From NCBI GenBank assembly GCA_965153285.1, contig OZ229121.1: 64,000 bases of DNA. One strand, 5' to 3'. The stretch's first letter is position 1, and every line of letters starts with the position of its first letter. The stretch comes from Podarcis tiliguerta (lineage: Eukaryota). Below the pieces are notes generated by a model that saw only the letters and a list, made by a program, of their open reading frames with translations, had not been told where the DNA came from and did no database searches. Shown piece after piece: positions 37,736-50,400 of the stretch. The position numbers were made by a program, and so were the translations under genes.

Positions 37736-37754
37736 TTGCCACAAGATGGCGTTC
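37736..37754 (+). promoter_or_regulatory. Candidate CTCF site between HOXA11 and HOXA10
   Basis: TTGCCACAAGATGGCGTTC is a near-consensus CTCF core (CCACNAGRKGGCG). Confidence 0.7.
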
Positions 37755-37890
37755 TTCAGATCAATGTCAAAGCCGCAGTGGGAGAAGAGGGGGAGAGGAA
37801 GGGGGGGGTTGAAATCTTGGCCTTTGTTCCCCTTGCGTTCTAGGAGCTGCACATTATATTATTTCACTTTCCACGCTCAGATTTGCAAAG
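37746..37890 (+). CDS. HOXA10: Candidate alternative (distal) first exon of HOXA10, short isoform
   Basis: Open frame from ATG 37746 to the strong donor AAAG|GTAAGG (37890/37891), phase 1, compatible with the exon-2 acceptor at 48568. Ends ICK-G, similar to MCQ-G of the mammalian short isoform (recalled). TATA-like CTATAAAA at about 37530 and CTATAAA at about 37590. Confidence 0.55.
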
Positions 37891-40384
37891 GTAAGGTGAA
37901 GCCGATTGCTCACTCCTTCACGGAGAAGCACGAGGGTCGAGCCAGGAGCTTCTCTCTCACACACACTCTCAAGGCTGACTACTCCGGGCTTCCAGAGGGT
38001 GAGTATTTCCTTTGAGGCTAAGTTTGGTTGATTAAAGAGGAAGCAGCTCTTATCACGGTGCAGCTGGGGTGACCTCTAGGTCTACTTGCTCTCGATTAAG
38101 TCCTTTCACGTTTATTTTTATTTCTTTTTGGAAGTGGAACTCCAGGGGTGCGGTGTCTTTTCGGAAAGCCAGTAATTAAAAGGTTGGCTGTGGAAAGTAT
38201 TGTTTGAAGGCTTGCTAAGTTTAGAGAGCAACTCCTCGAAAGGAGTGGAGAAAAGGTTTTCAGGTTGAAGGTCTGCCAAGCAGTTCACGCGGTGGTGAAA
38301 CAAGCGTAGGTAGGCCAAGACGGCCGCTTTCTTATAAAAGCTGCATCCCTGGGAATACAGGATTATGGATGTCCACGTTTGTCTGGAAGACGCTAGGTGT
38401 CTTCTATCAAGTAGATCTATAGCGGCGTAGACTGAAAATGGCAGCTATTGGACTTGAGCTGTGGTTTGCTCATTCCAGCTTGGCCGAGTTCGCCCGCCTA
38501 TGGTTGGTTTACAGCGATATTTATTAAATGCCTTTTTCTTCCGAGGCAGCGTCACTCTCCTCCACTCTAAGCAGAAGGAGCTGGAAATCGATAGAGCTGG
38601 ATGTAGAGTAAAAGCTCCTTTCGCTTAATACCCCCACCTCGGAGCGATCTCATGTAAAGCCAATTCCTGGGTGGAGGTTGAATTTAAAATATCTCTGTTG
38701 ATCCTGTCTCTATTGATCTGCAGTGTACTTGCTGTGGAGATATTCTGAGAGCGGAGCCATAATCTGGAAGGCCTAACCCTTGTATACAATAACAGGAAAT
38801 TTACTTAACTGGACACTTGGAGCTACGGTCATCAGCATACTTGCTGCAGCGAATTTGCAGGGATCTCCTGTTATGATTATTCTGAGCGGGCCAATTACTT
38901 AAATAGGATTGAGGGATACCTAGTTTTCTCTAGATTGCTGCCTATTATACAACATCCAGATAGGGATATTCTTGAGCTTCCTTTCGCGTAAAGCGCCTGG
39001 GATCAGATGCTAACGGTGAGAGTTACCAGTGTAGCACCCAGGACAGATTAGGAGGAGCAGTCCTGATTTCTTAAGCAGTCGACGAGCTGACCTTGGGATA
39101 AATTACAGATTATAGAAGCTCGCGATGCGATTCCCCCCCCCCCTTTACCCCACTCAGACAGGCCCAACTTTATTCTAGCAGTCTGCGTGTGGTATTAACT
39201 TCTTCGGCTTGCATATTTTGGTCCGAGTCATGTGTTATGTTAGAAAGTCTCTTATCTTGGGTACGCACCGCCCTACTGAACTATGATTTCTGAAGTCCAG
39301 TGTTAAAGCTTTACTCGGTTATTAAGTTGGGGTGGAGGAGGCGAGGCGGGAAGACGGAGGGAACTTTCCTTCAGTGTTTATGGAAACAAAGGCAACCGAT
39401 TCATAGGAGGGAAACGTTCAGCCCAACAACTATCTTGCTTTTATTTAATCAATTTCTTAGGTCTCATTAGCAGATCACGTCACCAGTTACCTCGTGCTTC
39501 TGTAGTAGTAGCATGGTGTCCACATAAAATGATAAAAATTTAAGCATAACAAACTCAAATGAGAGATTTTCCCCTTCATTTTAACAACAACAAGAAGAAA
39601 GAAAAAGAAACCAGCAAAAATGAATAAATACGTGTATTCAGAAGCATACATTTTTAGTTTTGGTTGCTTCTCTTTCTTTCATTTCATCCAAAAATATAAA
39701 TAATCAGGTTTCCACAGTGGTTAGTCTCTAGATATCCTCTGGTGGTAAAATTAAGTTTGCTGTAGATCTAGGTCAGAAAGCAACCTTCCTTGTAGCTAAT
39801 TCCTTATATTCACTCTTCCCCACCCGCTTCGATTTCTAATAAGCTGGGATAGCGTGCTTGGGGGGAGAGGGTGAAAATGACTCTACGTTTATAATATGCT
39901 ACGATTGCTTTTTCGCACACAAGCACGCCTAAGGGTCTTTAAAGAGGCGTCATCCACTTCGACGTCTCCTTCAGATATCTAGTATTCCCCATCCCACCCC
40001 AAATCTGTGCAAAGGAAATGCCTCTGAGAACGAACCATGACCGAGCTTCAATATAATTTTATATTATAATTTTACGTTGTAACTTAGAAATGCAAATAGA
40101 TATCCCTCCGCGAACAGCTGCTGCCTCCTAGTTTGAAATAGTGTGCCGAACTCACGTTGGACAGAAAAGAAGAAGCATAGGTTCAGGCATGCGCCTCGCT
40201 TTGACTTCAACATATTATTGCCTAGCCTAAATTATTCGAAGGGAGAAATCCAACTTTGCTGGAGTCAGATCAATGCACTCTCTCCAAATTTCGTTGCTAC
40301 GTGCACAACATAATGGGCTACTAGAACCAGACGGGAGTCTACGACGGAAAATGCTAGATACGTGTCTGCTAGCCTGGAGCTAGG

Positions 40385-40460
40385 CTTGCTAACCCAGAAG
40401 TGAGTCGCATTAAATTCAATAGGGCTTCAAGTTTCAGGTTAAGTGTGCGCAGGATTGTAG
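40385..40460. mobile_element. Family-B MITE-like fragment
   Basis: ACCCAGAAGTGAGTCGCATTAAATTCAATAGG...TAAGTGTGCGCAGGATTGTAG. Confidence 0.45.
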
Positions 40461-43400
40461 TATTTAATAACTTTCTTATGCTCCAGATCCTCTAGCTTAG
40501 GCCTTGGAATGGCCTTATTTTGAATGTGAACCCCACTGAGACCTGAAAAGACTTGTGCTCTGCTCCCATTCCTTAGGAGACGTTGATTTGGGAGAGATGC
40601 CCTTGACTTCAACTGAATTTACGTCCAAGTAAACACGCATTCATATACGTCTGTGGTCCCAGCCACTCTCGCGCGGAAGGATGTCCTATTGAAACCAGCA
40701 GGACTTCCTTCCCGACCGACGCGTTTAACACTGGGGTGCCAGGCTGCGATCCTGCGCTCGGTTGCCCGCACATAAATCCCGCCACTATCAGAGAGAAGAA
40801 GGAAGGTAGTCACCAGCAAACCGGTGAGCAGGATTTCAGCCAGACCAGAATCCCAGCTGCCAGGAAAAAAAATGGGCTTAAGGTGCAAACGAAGTCCAAA
40901 TTTTAAAGGAAATAAATCTCCCAAACCCGATCGTCGCTCACTCTTTACCCTTCAGGCCCTCTCCCCCCTTCCCCCCTCCTTTTAACCTGAAAGAATTTCG
41001 AAGCGAAGATAAAAAATTACTTCGGTAGTCGTTTGACACCTTTTCTTGGCGCAGAGATGCAGTTCTTAAAACGCCTGATGGAAAGCCGCCTGTTTGGAAA
41101 TTTTTCCAGAGGGAAAACTGCCTTGGCACACAGTCACATTCTTGACAACTGACACTTTTAATATTAAATAAGTGCGCACTGATTGTATTAATTTGGGTGG
41201 AGATTTACAAAATGCAATCTGCGGCTATATATTTAAAGGCAGGCAGCCTTCCGACTCCCATGATAGCTTTTACACTTTTTCCTTCCTCTCCGCGCAACCC
41301 CCCCCCGACACCGCCAGCCCCTTCCCCGCAAAACCTCAATTTACCCATGTCAGAAATATAAAGCCCGTTTTAATTAGCATACAAAATAGCATCCCTTTCT
41401 TAACAATGTTGTACCTTTTTAGTTCCTCCTGGAAATAAGGAGTGGATAAATCATTCTCTTCAGCGAGTGGGATTTTAAAGGAAGAGAGACAGAAAGTGGT
41501 GGGGGGGGGGGGAATCCCTCCTTCGATCTAACTTGGCTTAAGTTACTGTGCCTTCCTTAGCCCTTCCAGTCTTTTTTAATTTTCAGTTCAAACTCATAAA
41601 ACAGCCTAACGACTGTACTAATGCAGCCATTATATTTCTCTTTGACCAATAACTGTGTTGTTGTTGTTGTTTAAAAAATTAATAGGATATCTGTGTCTCC
41701 GCAGTGTGCAAAAGCTCGTCTCCCCAGCCCTCACCTCAAACTACCAGCCCTTTGGGTGGCTTCTGAGAGCCTTCGGTCCATTCCATAACTCAACTAAGGA
41801 GACTCTAGGCTTTGCCGACCCACATGTTCCAGAGCAACCTGGTTGTAGAGCTGGCTGGTTGTTTGCTGGTGCTTAACCCGCCAACCCTCCACCCACCCAC
41901 TTCCCAATCTCCCAGACGAGTTTGTTGGCAGGAGCAGAATGAAAAAGCAGTCATTTCTCTTCTCTCCACCCCCCGCCGCCCCGCGCGCCCTGCATAATAG
42001 TCTCAAGAAATGCTATAAAGTCCTGGTTAATGTCCGAGACACATTGTTAAGTGTTTAAAATGTTACCGCTACACACAATGCACGCCAAAGTAGTTTAGTT
42101 TGCTCTAGAATTGACCATTATCTTTTATAGTTAAAAATCAAGTGCACATTATTAGTTTTACTTCACTGGCTTTGACGATGCTTTTGGCCTTGTTAGCGAT
42201 TAAAGAAAAAGGCGCCGAGAGCCGAGTTCACGAGCTCCTCCTCGCGCGGTCCAAAAGCTTCCCCGAGTCAAATGCTAGCCTTCTCTTTACCATTGACCTC
42301 CCCGGGCTTTGGATCCGGCCCTGGGTGCCTTGACCATCAAAGCCCAGACGCTTTGGGTCCCACAAACGCAACCATAAAAGGGGGCCCTGGATACGAGGGG
42401 CTGCTTCCTTATTGCCTTATACTTTGAGTGAAAAGGAACCAAGAGTACCCTTGATTGCAGAGGGTGTGTGTGTGTGTGTCCAGCTGCAAGCGGTTCTAAC
42501 CTGAAAGAGAAGAGGTTTCGAACCATTTTCCTAGCCCCGCTCCTCTGGTTTCGACCGCCGGTTTCCCCTTCGAGTCTTCTCTTGAATCTTAAGAGCAGAA
42601 ACCGAGTCTTGCTGGGATGGATCCGACCAAAGGTCCAATTGACCTCCAAAGTGGCCCACGGGATGCCCCCGGACCTCTTTGAAACGGGAAATGGTCAGTC
42701 GCCCGTGCACTTACGAGGTGCGAATTCCCGTATCTCCAGGTTTTTCGCCTTCGCTAGACTCACGAATCGGCTCGACCTTCACTGTAGCACTTATTTAAAG
42801 AGAGGAATGGCGGAAGGGAATTCTTTCCATTGGGATCTATAGATTCGCAATCTTTTTATTTAAACTGGGGGGTGATTATTATTTTTAAACAGACTTGTAG
42901 TATCTTTCCTTTATTCGCCAACGGACCCTTCCCCAGGTAGACGGCTATTGTTGTTGTTGCATAAGTAGTAAGATTTTTCAAGGCATGCGCTTCATTTCTT
43001 TTGGATCTGGCAGATGAGGGGTGAAGGCGGGGATCAACACACCCCACAGAGGGACGAGATTCCCCCTTCTCGAAGTTTTGATCTACCTGATTTTAGCCCC
43101 TCCAAGTCCTGGGAAAGGCGAAGGTGGGCCGTGCGCGCGGGTCCCATGTCACTGCGCGGAGATCTGCTGTTACAACTCTAAGCCCATTGATAATACGTTT
43201 CCAATGTGCTAGCCCATAAAAGTGCTCCTTATATGGCATTAATTTTGCTAGAAGTCATATTGCCCTCCTAGGAATCTGATAAGAACTTGTTCCTCACACA
43301 TTAACACAGTGTAAGTTAAGTCGAGTTGGGGAAACACGGACAATATTACTCCAGGGTGTGGGGAAGGCGGCTCTCCTTATAGGCTGCTGACCCACTGCCT

Positions 43401-44899
43401 CTGGTTGTTCTGCCTCCATGCTTAACTTGTGCTGGAAGCCAGCAGAAGTGAAAAACCCAGGGTGCAATTCTTGGCGGGTGGGAGAGGAGATGAGAGGTGA
43501 GGGTGATGGGTATGGCGGTGGTGGAAGTGGCTTAAGAAGGACGTCTTGCCTTTCCATAAAGATTTTACGGGCCCGGCAAAGTTGCAACTATCTCTGCCAG
43601 GCTTCCCATCCGACAAGCCAGAAACCTCAGGAGGCCCCCTTCGCCTAGGAGAAAACTCGCGTTCTGTGTCCTGCTGCCTTCTGAATGTTTTAGAAGCGGA
43701 GGGGAATCCCAAAAGGAAGGGAGGGAATTTCCCCACTTTTGTAGGCAAAACCAGGGCGTTATTAGGCATGCGAGGCTTGGCAGATCAATCCTACCCTACC
43801 CACCCCCTCCGTGGTGTGGAAAGGGGGAAATGTGCGGAGTGGCATATGAGCATTTTGCAGGACTCGCCCTGCATTGTATGAAAGCCAAGGGTATGCCGTG
43901 CCAGAGAGAGAGGGTACATCTGAAAGCCACCCTCTCTGCAGCACTCACTACACCGAAGGCTTGGTCAGGAAAATAAGGCAGCGCCTTTGCCTCCCGATTC
44001 CCTTGGCATTCTTAGCGCTTTTGAGGGCTTTATGGACGAGGGAGTGGGTGCCAAAACGGAACCGAGCAGAAGATTTACAGCACAATATTGAATTGTTCAA
44101 AAGAATATTCCTACTCGCTTGGGAGCAGAGACAGGCGATCATTTAAATCCTACCAGCTGGGGCGGTTTGGAAGAAGAGATACTTAACGCAGGGATTTGTA
44201 ACCTAAAAAAAAAAAAAGTTAAACAAATGTTTGTTTTCTTTTCTTAAAAAATAATAATTCTAAAAGACTCCATGGACAATAAGAGATGTTATTTGTCTCA
44301 AGTTTTTATTATTTCCAAACAACGTGTGCCAAGAACATGAGAGACAGAGAGGCAGAGAGAGAAGCGGAGTCCTTCTTTCGCTCTCTCCCCCCATTATAAA
44401 ATCTATCTATCTGCCCCCGTCTGCCGGTCTCACTCTCTTGTCTGCTGCTTGTCTACCATCTCCGCCACAATTAGGAACTGGCTACACAGTTTTGTCTGAC
44501 AGTCCTTTTTAGCCTTTTATGGGTTGAGAATGAGGATATTTTGAAATAATTTGCTTGTGGCGCACTTTTGAATCTTAGTGGGTGGGTGATTATTATACTC
44601 CCCCTTGGGGGCGAAAAAACGAACACTTAACCATTAGAATTTAATGTTAATCTGAGGATATCTCGCATCCACTTTCTGTGAGACCTTTTGCTACCCTCGT
44701 CCCTACAAGACACACCAGATATTTCTGCTTCGCATGTTAGTTTAAGACCAGATACGGAAGACTTCGATGCAATGCTTGCTTACTGGGTCAACAAAGATGG
44801 GCTCATATTGTTGCTGTTGCTTCTGCGGCGCTAGGCAGGAATATTTCACAGTGGCGCTCCTCAGCCTCTCTGCCAGGCGGGGGTTGACTTCTGAGCCGG

Positions 44900-44990
44900 T
44901 ATTTCTATATGTACACTTAGCTGAAAGTAAACCCACCCATCCCACACTGAACACAGTGGGACTTGCTTCCGCGTAAAACACGTATATGCC
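44900..44990. mobile_element. Family-B MITE-like fragment upstream of HOXA10
   Basis: ACACTTAGCTGAAAGTAAACCC...CACTGAACACAGTGGGACTTGCTTCC. Confidence 0.45.
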
Positions 44991-45778
44991 AATATTCAAA
45001 GATGGGAGCCAGGCTTGAGAATTTTCTTCATGTCATCTTGAGGAGACATTGGGTGACTTTATGATGTCCGTAAACCTTCAGTGCTAGTGAGGAGGTCAGA
45101 TTGGTTTAGAACTTCCAGTGGCCCGTGATGCCATAATCACCGCCACTAAAAATAGGTAAGCAAAAGCATGTCCCAGGGCTTGACAATAAATACTGAGGTT
45201 TTAATAATTTCATCACAGCCATGGGCTGTATGAGATGGGATTGGGAGAGTAAAAGGGGGAGGGGGGGATGTTGGTGGCGAGGTGGCAGAGAGAGAGACAG
45301 AGGAGTTGGGATGTTGAAAGGTTCACTTACAGCTCGCTTTATGACCTAAACGCTTAATATGCTCCTTTGCAATTTTATATTAGCGCATATGCTTAAAGAG
45401 GAAGCCTGGCTAAATTATGGGTTGCATTAAAACCGGGGCAAATTGTTTTCTATTGTTTGTCTCTCCTTCGTGTGCGCGAGAGCCCACGCGCGCCTTTCCC
45501 CCTCCTTTGCTCACACGCAGGCAAAAGGCAGCCTATATGTGGCAACATCAATTGTACCCCGGCTACCTAGGCAAGGGCAGCTATGTGGCACCATCGATTA
45601 CACACGCACACATACACACACACATATATAAAATTCAGCAGTGGACCTGAGAGCAGCTCATTGCCTACGAAACCAAACGGGGAGGGGTTGCTGGCGAGGG
45701 CTGGGATTCCATTGGCTGCACGCACTCGCCGTGGCGCGGGGGTATCTCTAATCATATCCAGCATGTTTTGCACAAGAA

Positions 45779-46745
45779 ATGTCAGCCAGAAAGGGCTATC
45801 TGCTCTCTTCGCCAAATTATTCCACCACGGCCATGGCATGCTCGGAGAGCCCCGCTGCAAACTCTTTTTTGGTGGACTCCTTGATCAGCTCAGCCTCAAG
45901 CAGAGGGGAAGGCGGAGGAGGCGGAGGCGGGGGCGGCGGAGGAGTTGGAGGAGGAGGAGGCGGAGGAGGCGGCGGCTACTATCCCAACAACAGCGGTGTC
46001 TACCTGCCACAGGCGTCCGATCTGTCCTATGGGCTGCAAAGCTACGGGCTTTTCCCGGTCTTGAGCAAACGCAATGAAGGCCCTTCTCCAAGCGTGGCGC
46101 CGGCTTCTCACGCCTACATGTCAGGGATGGAAGTCTGGCTAGATCCCCCCAGGTCCTGCCGCCTGGAAGAGCACGAGAGCCCGCAGGCGACCTCCTGCTC
46201 CTTCGCTCCCAACATCAAAGAGGAGAGCTCCTACTGCCTCTATGACGCCGAGAAGGGCCCCAAAGAGGCGGCGGCCACCGACTTGTCCGTTTTCCCAAGG
46301 CTGAGCTCGGAGGTCTGCTCCATGAACAACGTGACAGCCGCCGGGGTGCCCGTCCCAGGCTACTTCCGCTTGTCTCAAGCCTACGGCACCAGCAAGAGCA
46401 GCGGCAGCAGCAATGGCAGCAGCTACAGCAACAACAGCAACCACCACCATCAACATCATCACCAACAGCAGCAGCAGCAGCAGCACCATCCGGGGCAGAT
46501 GGTGGTTCCTCCCCAGTTCGCCCCGCAACCTCAAGTGCGCTTTGAAACTCCGCCAGCGTTGACTCCTGCAGTCCCACCGCCGGATCCGGGGAGGAAAGAC
46601 AGCGAGGATTCATCCCCACCCAGCACCTTGGCTTGCGTGGCCCAAAGGGGTGAGGAAGAAGGGCAAGCTTCCTCTTCGGCCCCCGAAGAACTCTCCCCGG
46701 CTCCTTCAGAGAACAGCAAGCCCTCTCCAGAGAAGGAAACGCTAG
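45779..46745 (+). CDS. HOXA10: Homeobox protein Hox-A10, coding exon 1
   Basis: MSARKGYLLSSPNYSTTAMACSESPAANSFLVDSLIS...ATSCSFAPNIKEESSYCLYD...VPVPGYFRLSQAYGT; second in-frame ATG at 45833 has a strong Kozak context; phase-1 donor G|GTAAGC at 46745/46746. Confidence 0.97.
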
Positions 46746-47864
46746 GTAAGCAATAAAATAAAATAAATAAATGCACTACTGTCTACCCGCCTAGCTCCCC
46801 CGCCCCCGCGCACGGCAGCCGGCCCCGTTGCCACAAAAACCAGGAGGGGTGGGATGCGATAAGGGGGTGAGAATCGCCCAGAATACTGGAAGCCCCCTTC
46901 GCTGGCCAAAATGGCCATTCATAGAGCGGCTTAGCGTAACCTGCTGAGCTGCCATTCATATTTGGACGCTGGGATGCTGTAAATAAATAAATATTGATAT
47001 ATCCACCCCTTCGAGTTTATGAGCCATACAAAAAGAAAAGAAAAGCTGAGTATGGGTAAAATCCTAAAGCCAAAGGGCTTGAAAAGAGACAAAATAAGAA
47101 GAAAAGGAAAAAGAGATAATTGCAGTTCTGTATTTCCTCGCCTCAAGTGATGCTGAGGTGACTGCAGAGATAACATAGATGTTTGTAAAGCGTCCAAAGT
47201 AAGCAAGGGGCCAGCGCCAATAAATAAGCCCATTAACAGGCTAAGTTCTAGTTTACGATCCTGGATGCCTTAAAAAAAAAAAAAAAAAGCAGCTGGGTTA
47301 AAATTCTCTTCTATGAAGCACTATCAAATTAGACTGCTGGAGACTGCGCTGCGAGAGGCTCTCCAGAGCGCCACAAGGCTTCTGTGCTGAAATATACGCA
47401 GGGTCATTGGAATGAATGGGAGCTGTACAAGAATGCCAGAGTTCCTGGTCGGTGCTCAGTCATTCATTTCAACGCGCGGGGATGGCGAGTGGCTTTTGCA
47501 GAAGAATTTTCTATTTCATGGTGCCCATTAAAGGGAACAGTAAAATAATAATAAGAAAATAAAACCGGGAACTCTGCAGGGTAAGCTGACAGTTGTTGTT
47601 TCTCCCACAATTCTGAAACAGGATGCAATGAAGCATGTTACGTGTGTGCGCACATATATGCATATGCATATCGTTATCTAAATGCACACAGAGGGAGTTG
47701 GGTTTCCCGCCCCAACCCCACCTCCAGCTAAGTGTACTTCCAAAAAATAAAGAGAAATGCATATGTGCTTTAAAAAAAAAAGTGCATCATCAGTGTGTGC
47801 TTGTAGGAACCATCTCAGCGCTAAACAACCCAGCGGTTTAGATTTAATTTGAATTTGGGAACGC

Positions 47865-48050
47865 ACAGCCCGTTCCTATGCTTGCTTGTTTGCTGCACCA
47901 CTGAATTGAACGGGCTTGATTCTCAGTAACGCAACATTCCTATACCCGCTTACCGGGGAGTAAGCCGCACTGAACACAGTGGCACTTACTGCTGTACGAA
48001 CATGCTCTGGAAAGGTGTGTGGAGTAGCTTAGATGGGATTGCAGCCCTCA
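47865..48050. mobile_element. Adjacent family-B MITE-like copies in the HOXA10 intron
   Basis: CCACTGAATTGAACGGGCTTGATTCTCAGTAA; CCTATACCCGCTTACCGGGGAGTAAGCCGCACTGAACACAGTGGCACTTACT; GGGATTGCAGCCCT end motif. Confidence 0.55.
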
Positions 48051-48567
48051 TTCGCCAGAAATATTAGGCATAACAATTCGAAAACGACCCCACCCCCAAC
48101 AAAAAAAACCAGCCACCCAAGGCTGCTGCTTCTTTTTTTAATCGAGCGCTTCGGCAGCGTAGACCACATTTTCAAATAATCTGGATTTAGGGGAGGGAGC
48201 AGGGGGCGGTCTCGCAACGAGTGTTTTGAGAACAAACGGCCAGGACTGAAGCAGAGGCAAAACCCTGCAAGACGCCACTGCCAAAGGCATTTGTGCGCAT
48301 CGGTGTCAACTCCAAAAGCGATCCGGTCTCTCAGACCAGCGAGATGCGGCAAAGTCAGGGAGTGTGTTGCAATGCTCGCTCTCCTTTGGGGGCTACCATT
48401 TTAAGAGGAACCCTGAAGGAAGGCCAGAGTGCCCTTCTCAAATTTATATTCGGTACTAAGTACGGAAGAATCCCCCAGCCCAGCCCCTCTACGCCGCCCA
48501 AGTTTTCCTGGTGTCGTTCGGGTAACCTTCCCTTTTTTCTTTTCTTATTTCCCCCTCTTAAAACTAG

Positions 48568-48842
48568 GCAATTCAAAAGGAGAGAACGCAGCCAGCTGGC
48601 TCACCGCAAAAAGTGGCAGGAAGAAGCGATGCCCTTACACCAAGCACCAAACTCTCGAGCTGGAAAAGGAGTTTTTGTTCAACATGTACCTGACTCGTGA
48701 GCGTCGCCTAGAGATCAGCCGCACAGTCCACCTAACAGACAGACAAGTCAAAATCTGGTTTCAGAACCGCAGGATGAAACTGAAGAAAATGAACAGGGAG
48801 AATCGAATCCGGGAGCTCACAGCCAACTTCAATTTCTCCTGA
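48568..48842 (+). CDS. HOXA10: Homeobox protein Hox-A10, coding exon 2 (homeodomain)
   Basis: Acceptor TAG|GC at 48567/48568 gives [91 protein letters not shown]; 413 aa from 45779. Confidence 0.98.
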
Positions 48843-50131
48843 TGAACCCTAGGCACGCATCTTGATGGTCTAAACAGCTAGGACGGTTCCACCCCCACCC
48901 CCCACCCCTCCGGTCTCCTCCCCACCCCCTAAGCCTCTAGCTACTCGCACCTGTGTGCGTCCGAGCCTTTCAATTACATCCTCAGCCTCTCCATGGCCTC
49001 TTGGTAATTGATTTCGTTGGGATGAAGCCATAACTGATGCACACTACCCCATCCATGTTCGCTACTGCCCTCAGTGAATTCCCGGTTCTGGAAAGTCTGG
49101 TGCTGAAGGGGGGGGGGGAATGGTTTTCAGAACCCTAGATGCCTATTGTCCTCCCCTTCTCAACACCCCTCTCCCAAACTCCATTTTCAGAAAATTGAGC
49201 CAAATAAGACTGAAGGCAACTTGCGTTCTCTCCCACCCCACTGTAACTATAGCTGGTGTTTTGGATCTGAGCCGAGAATGGTTTTGAATAATTAAAATCT
49301 GGCCACGCCGCTGCTTAATAGGAAGCATGCGTCTAGCCGATCCAGATAAAATCAGGTTATAGAATACGGTGTCAGGAGCCAAGGCTGGCGCACTTATATG
49401 TTTGTTGGTGCCCAATCCCCCGCGTACCCAAAAATCCATATTTAATATTACAACTTTTAAAATTGCCACGAAAATGAGACCTCTTCCCCCTCCACCTCCC
49501 CCTTCCCCCCAAAAAGGAGAGAGGAAAGTCTTTGTCTGCTTTATTGGCTAAAATCTTACACTTTCTGGTTGTAGGTAATGACTTGAGGTAGTTTTTGCTT
49601 TGGATACCTTTGGGTTACCGCTAGTTACGCTTGGCAAGCACATGGAAGGAAGGAAGGAAGAAATCTCCCCGCTTTGGAGGGGAGAAACGACTTTGTCCAC
49701 GGAGAGGTGTGTTATTCTATGTATATTGGACCACCAGATGAAATTTCCCCCCTGACTTGACTGTGGGGGACAGCAAGGGAGGTGAAAGTTTCCCCCCCTG
49801 GTTTCCTTGATACTGTGAAGTTACATGCGTTGAAAAGGTCAAGCGTGTAGTGCAAAGAGAAGATTTTTTTTTTAAAAGAAAAAAATATCTATGAATACAG
49901 AATATGTATAAATGTCTATTAATATTAATATTATTAATATTATTAAAATGCCGATACTGTTGCAAGCAAAGCATTCTATAGCGTTATTCTCGATGTTAGC
50001 TCTTATCTCTCGTCCATCCCCTCCTTACCTTAAAACCAATGAATTGTAATGCTGCGTGGAAGTAAAGCAAAACAAAAAAACAAAAACACAGGACAAAATG
50101 GAGACGCTGTTTATGTTTCTCTTGGAAGAAG

Positions 50132-50178
50132 AATAAAAGGCATGGAATGAACCACCCTCTTTTTAAAAAAAAAAATAA
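50132..50178 (+). terminator. Probable HOXA10 polyadenylation signals
   Basis: AATAAA at 50132 and about 50173, with GT-rich sequence downstream. Confidence 0.55.
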
Positions 50179-50254
50179 ATACCTCGTTTGTGACTGTTTA
50201 TTCTCATGGTCCTACTTTCAGATCTCCAAGAACTTTTACAACAGGAATAGTTTG

Positions 50255-50400
50255 CCCGAGCCCCCTGCAATTACTTTAGGAATCTATTTAAATATTACCT
50301 AGACGGTCGTAATTTGTCTGGGCCATATAGCAATGGTGCTGTAAGGTTTGTCGGCTTTTGTTCAGTTTTATGACTTGCTAGTATATCTGGATTGTTGCTG
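50255..50400 (+). promoter_or_regulatory. Candidate conserved element / promoter for mir-196 and upstream HOXA9 transcripts
   Basis: TATA-like TATTTAAA, GTCGTAAT and TTTTATGA posterior-Hox/Cdx motifs immediately 3' of HOXA10, about 1.1 kb upstream of mir-196. Confidence 0.45.
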
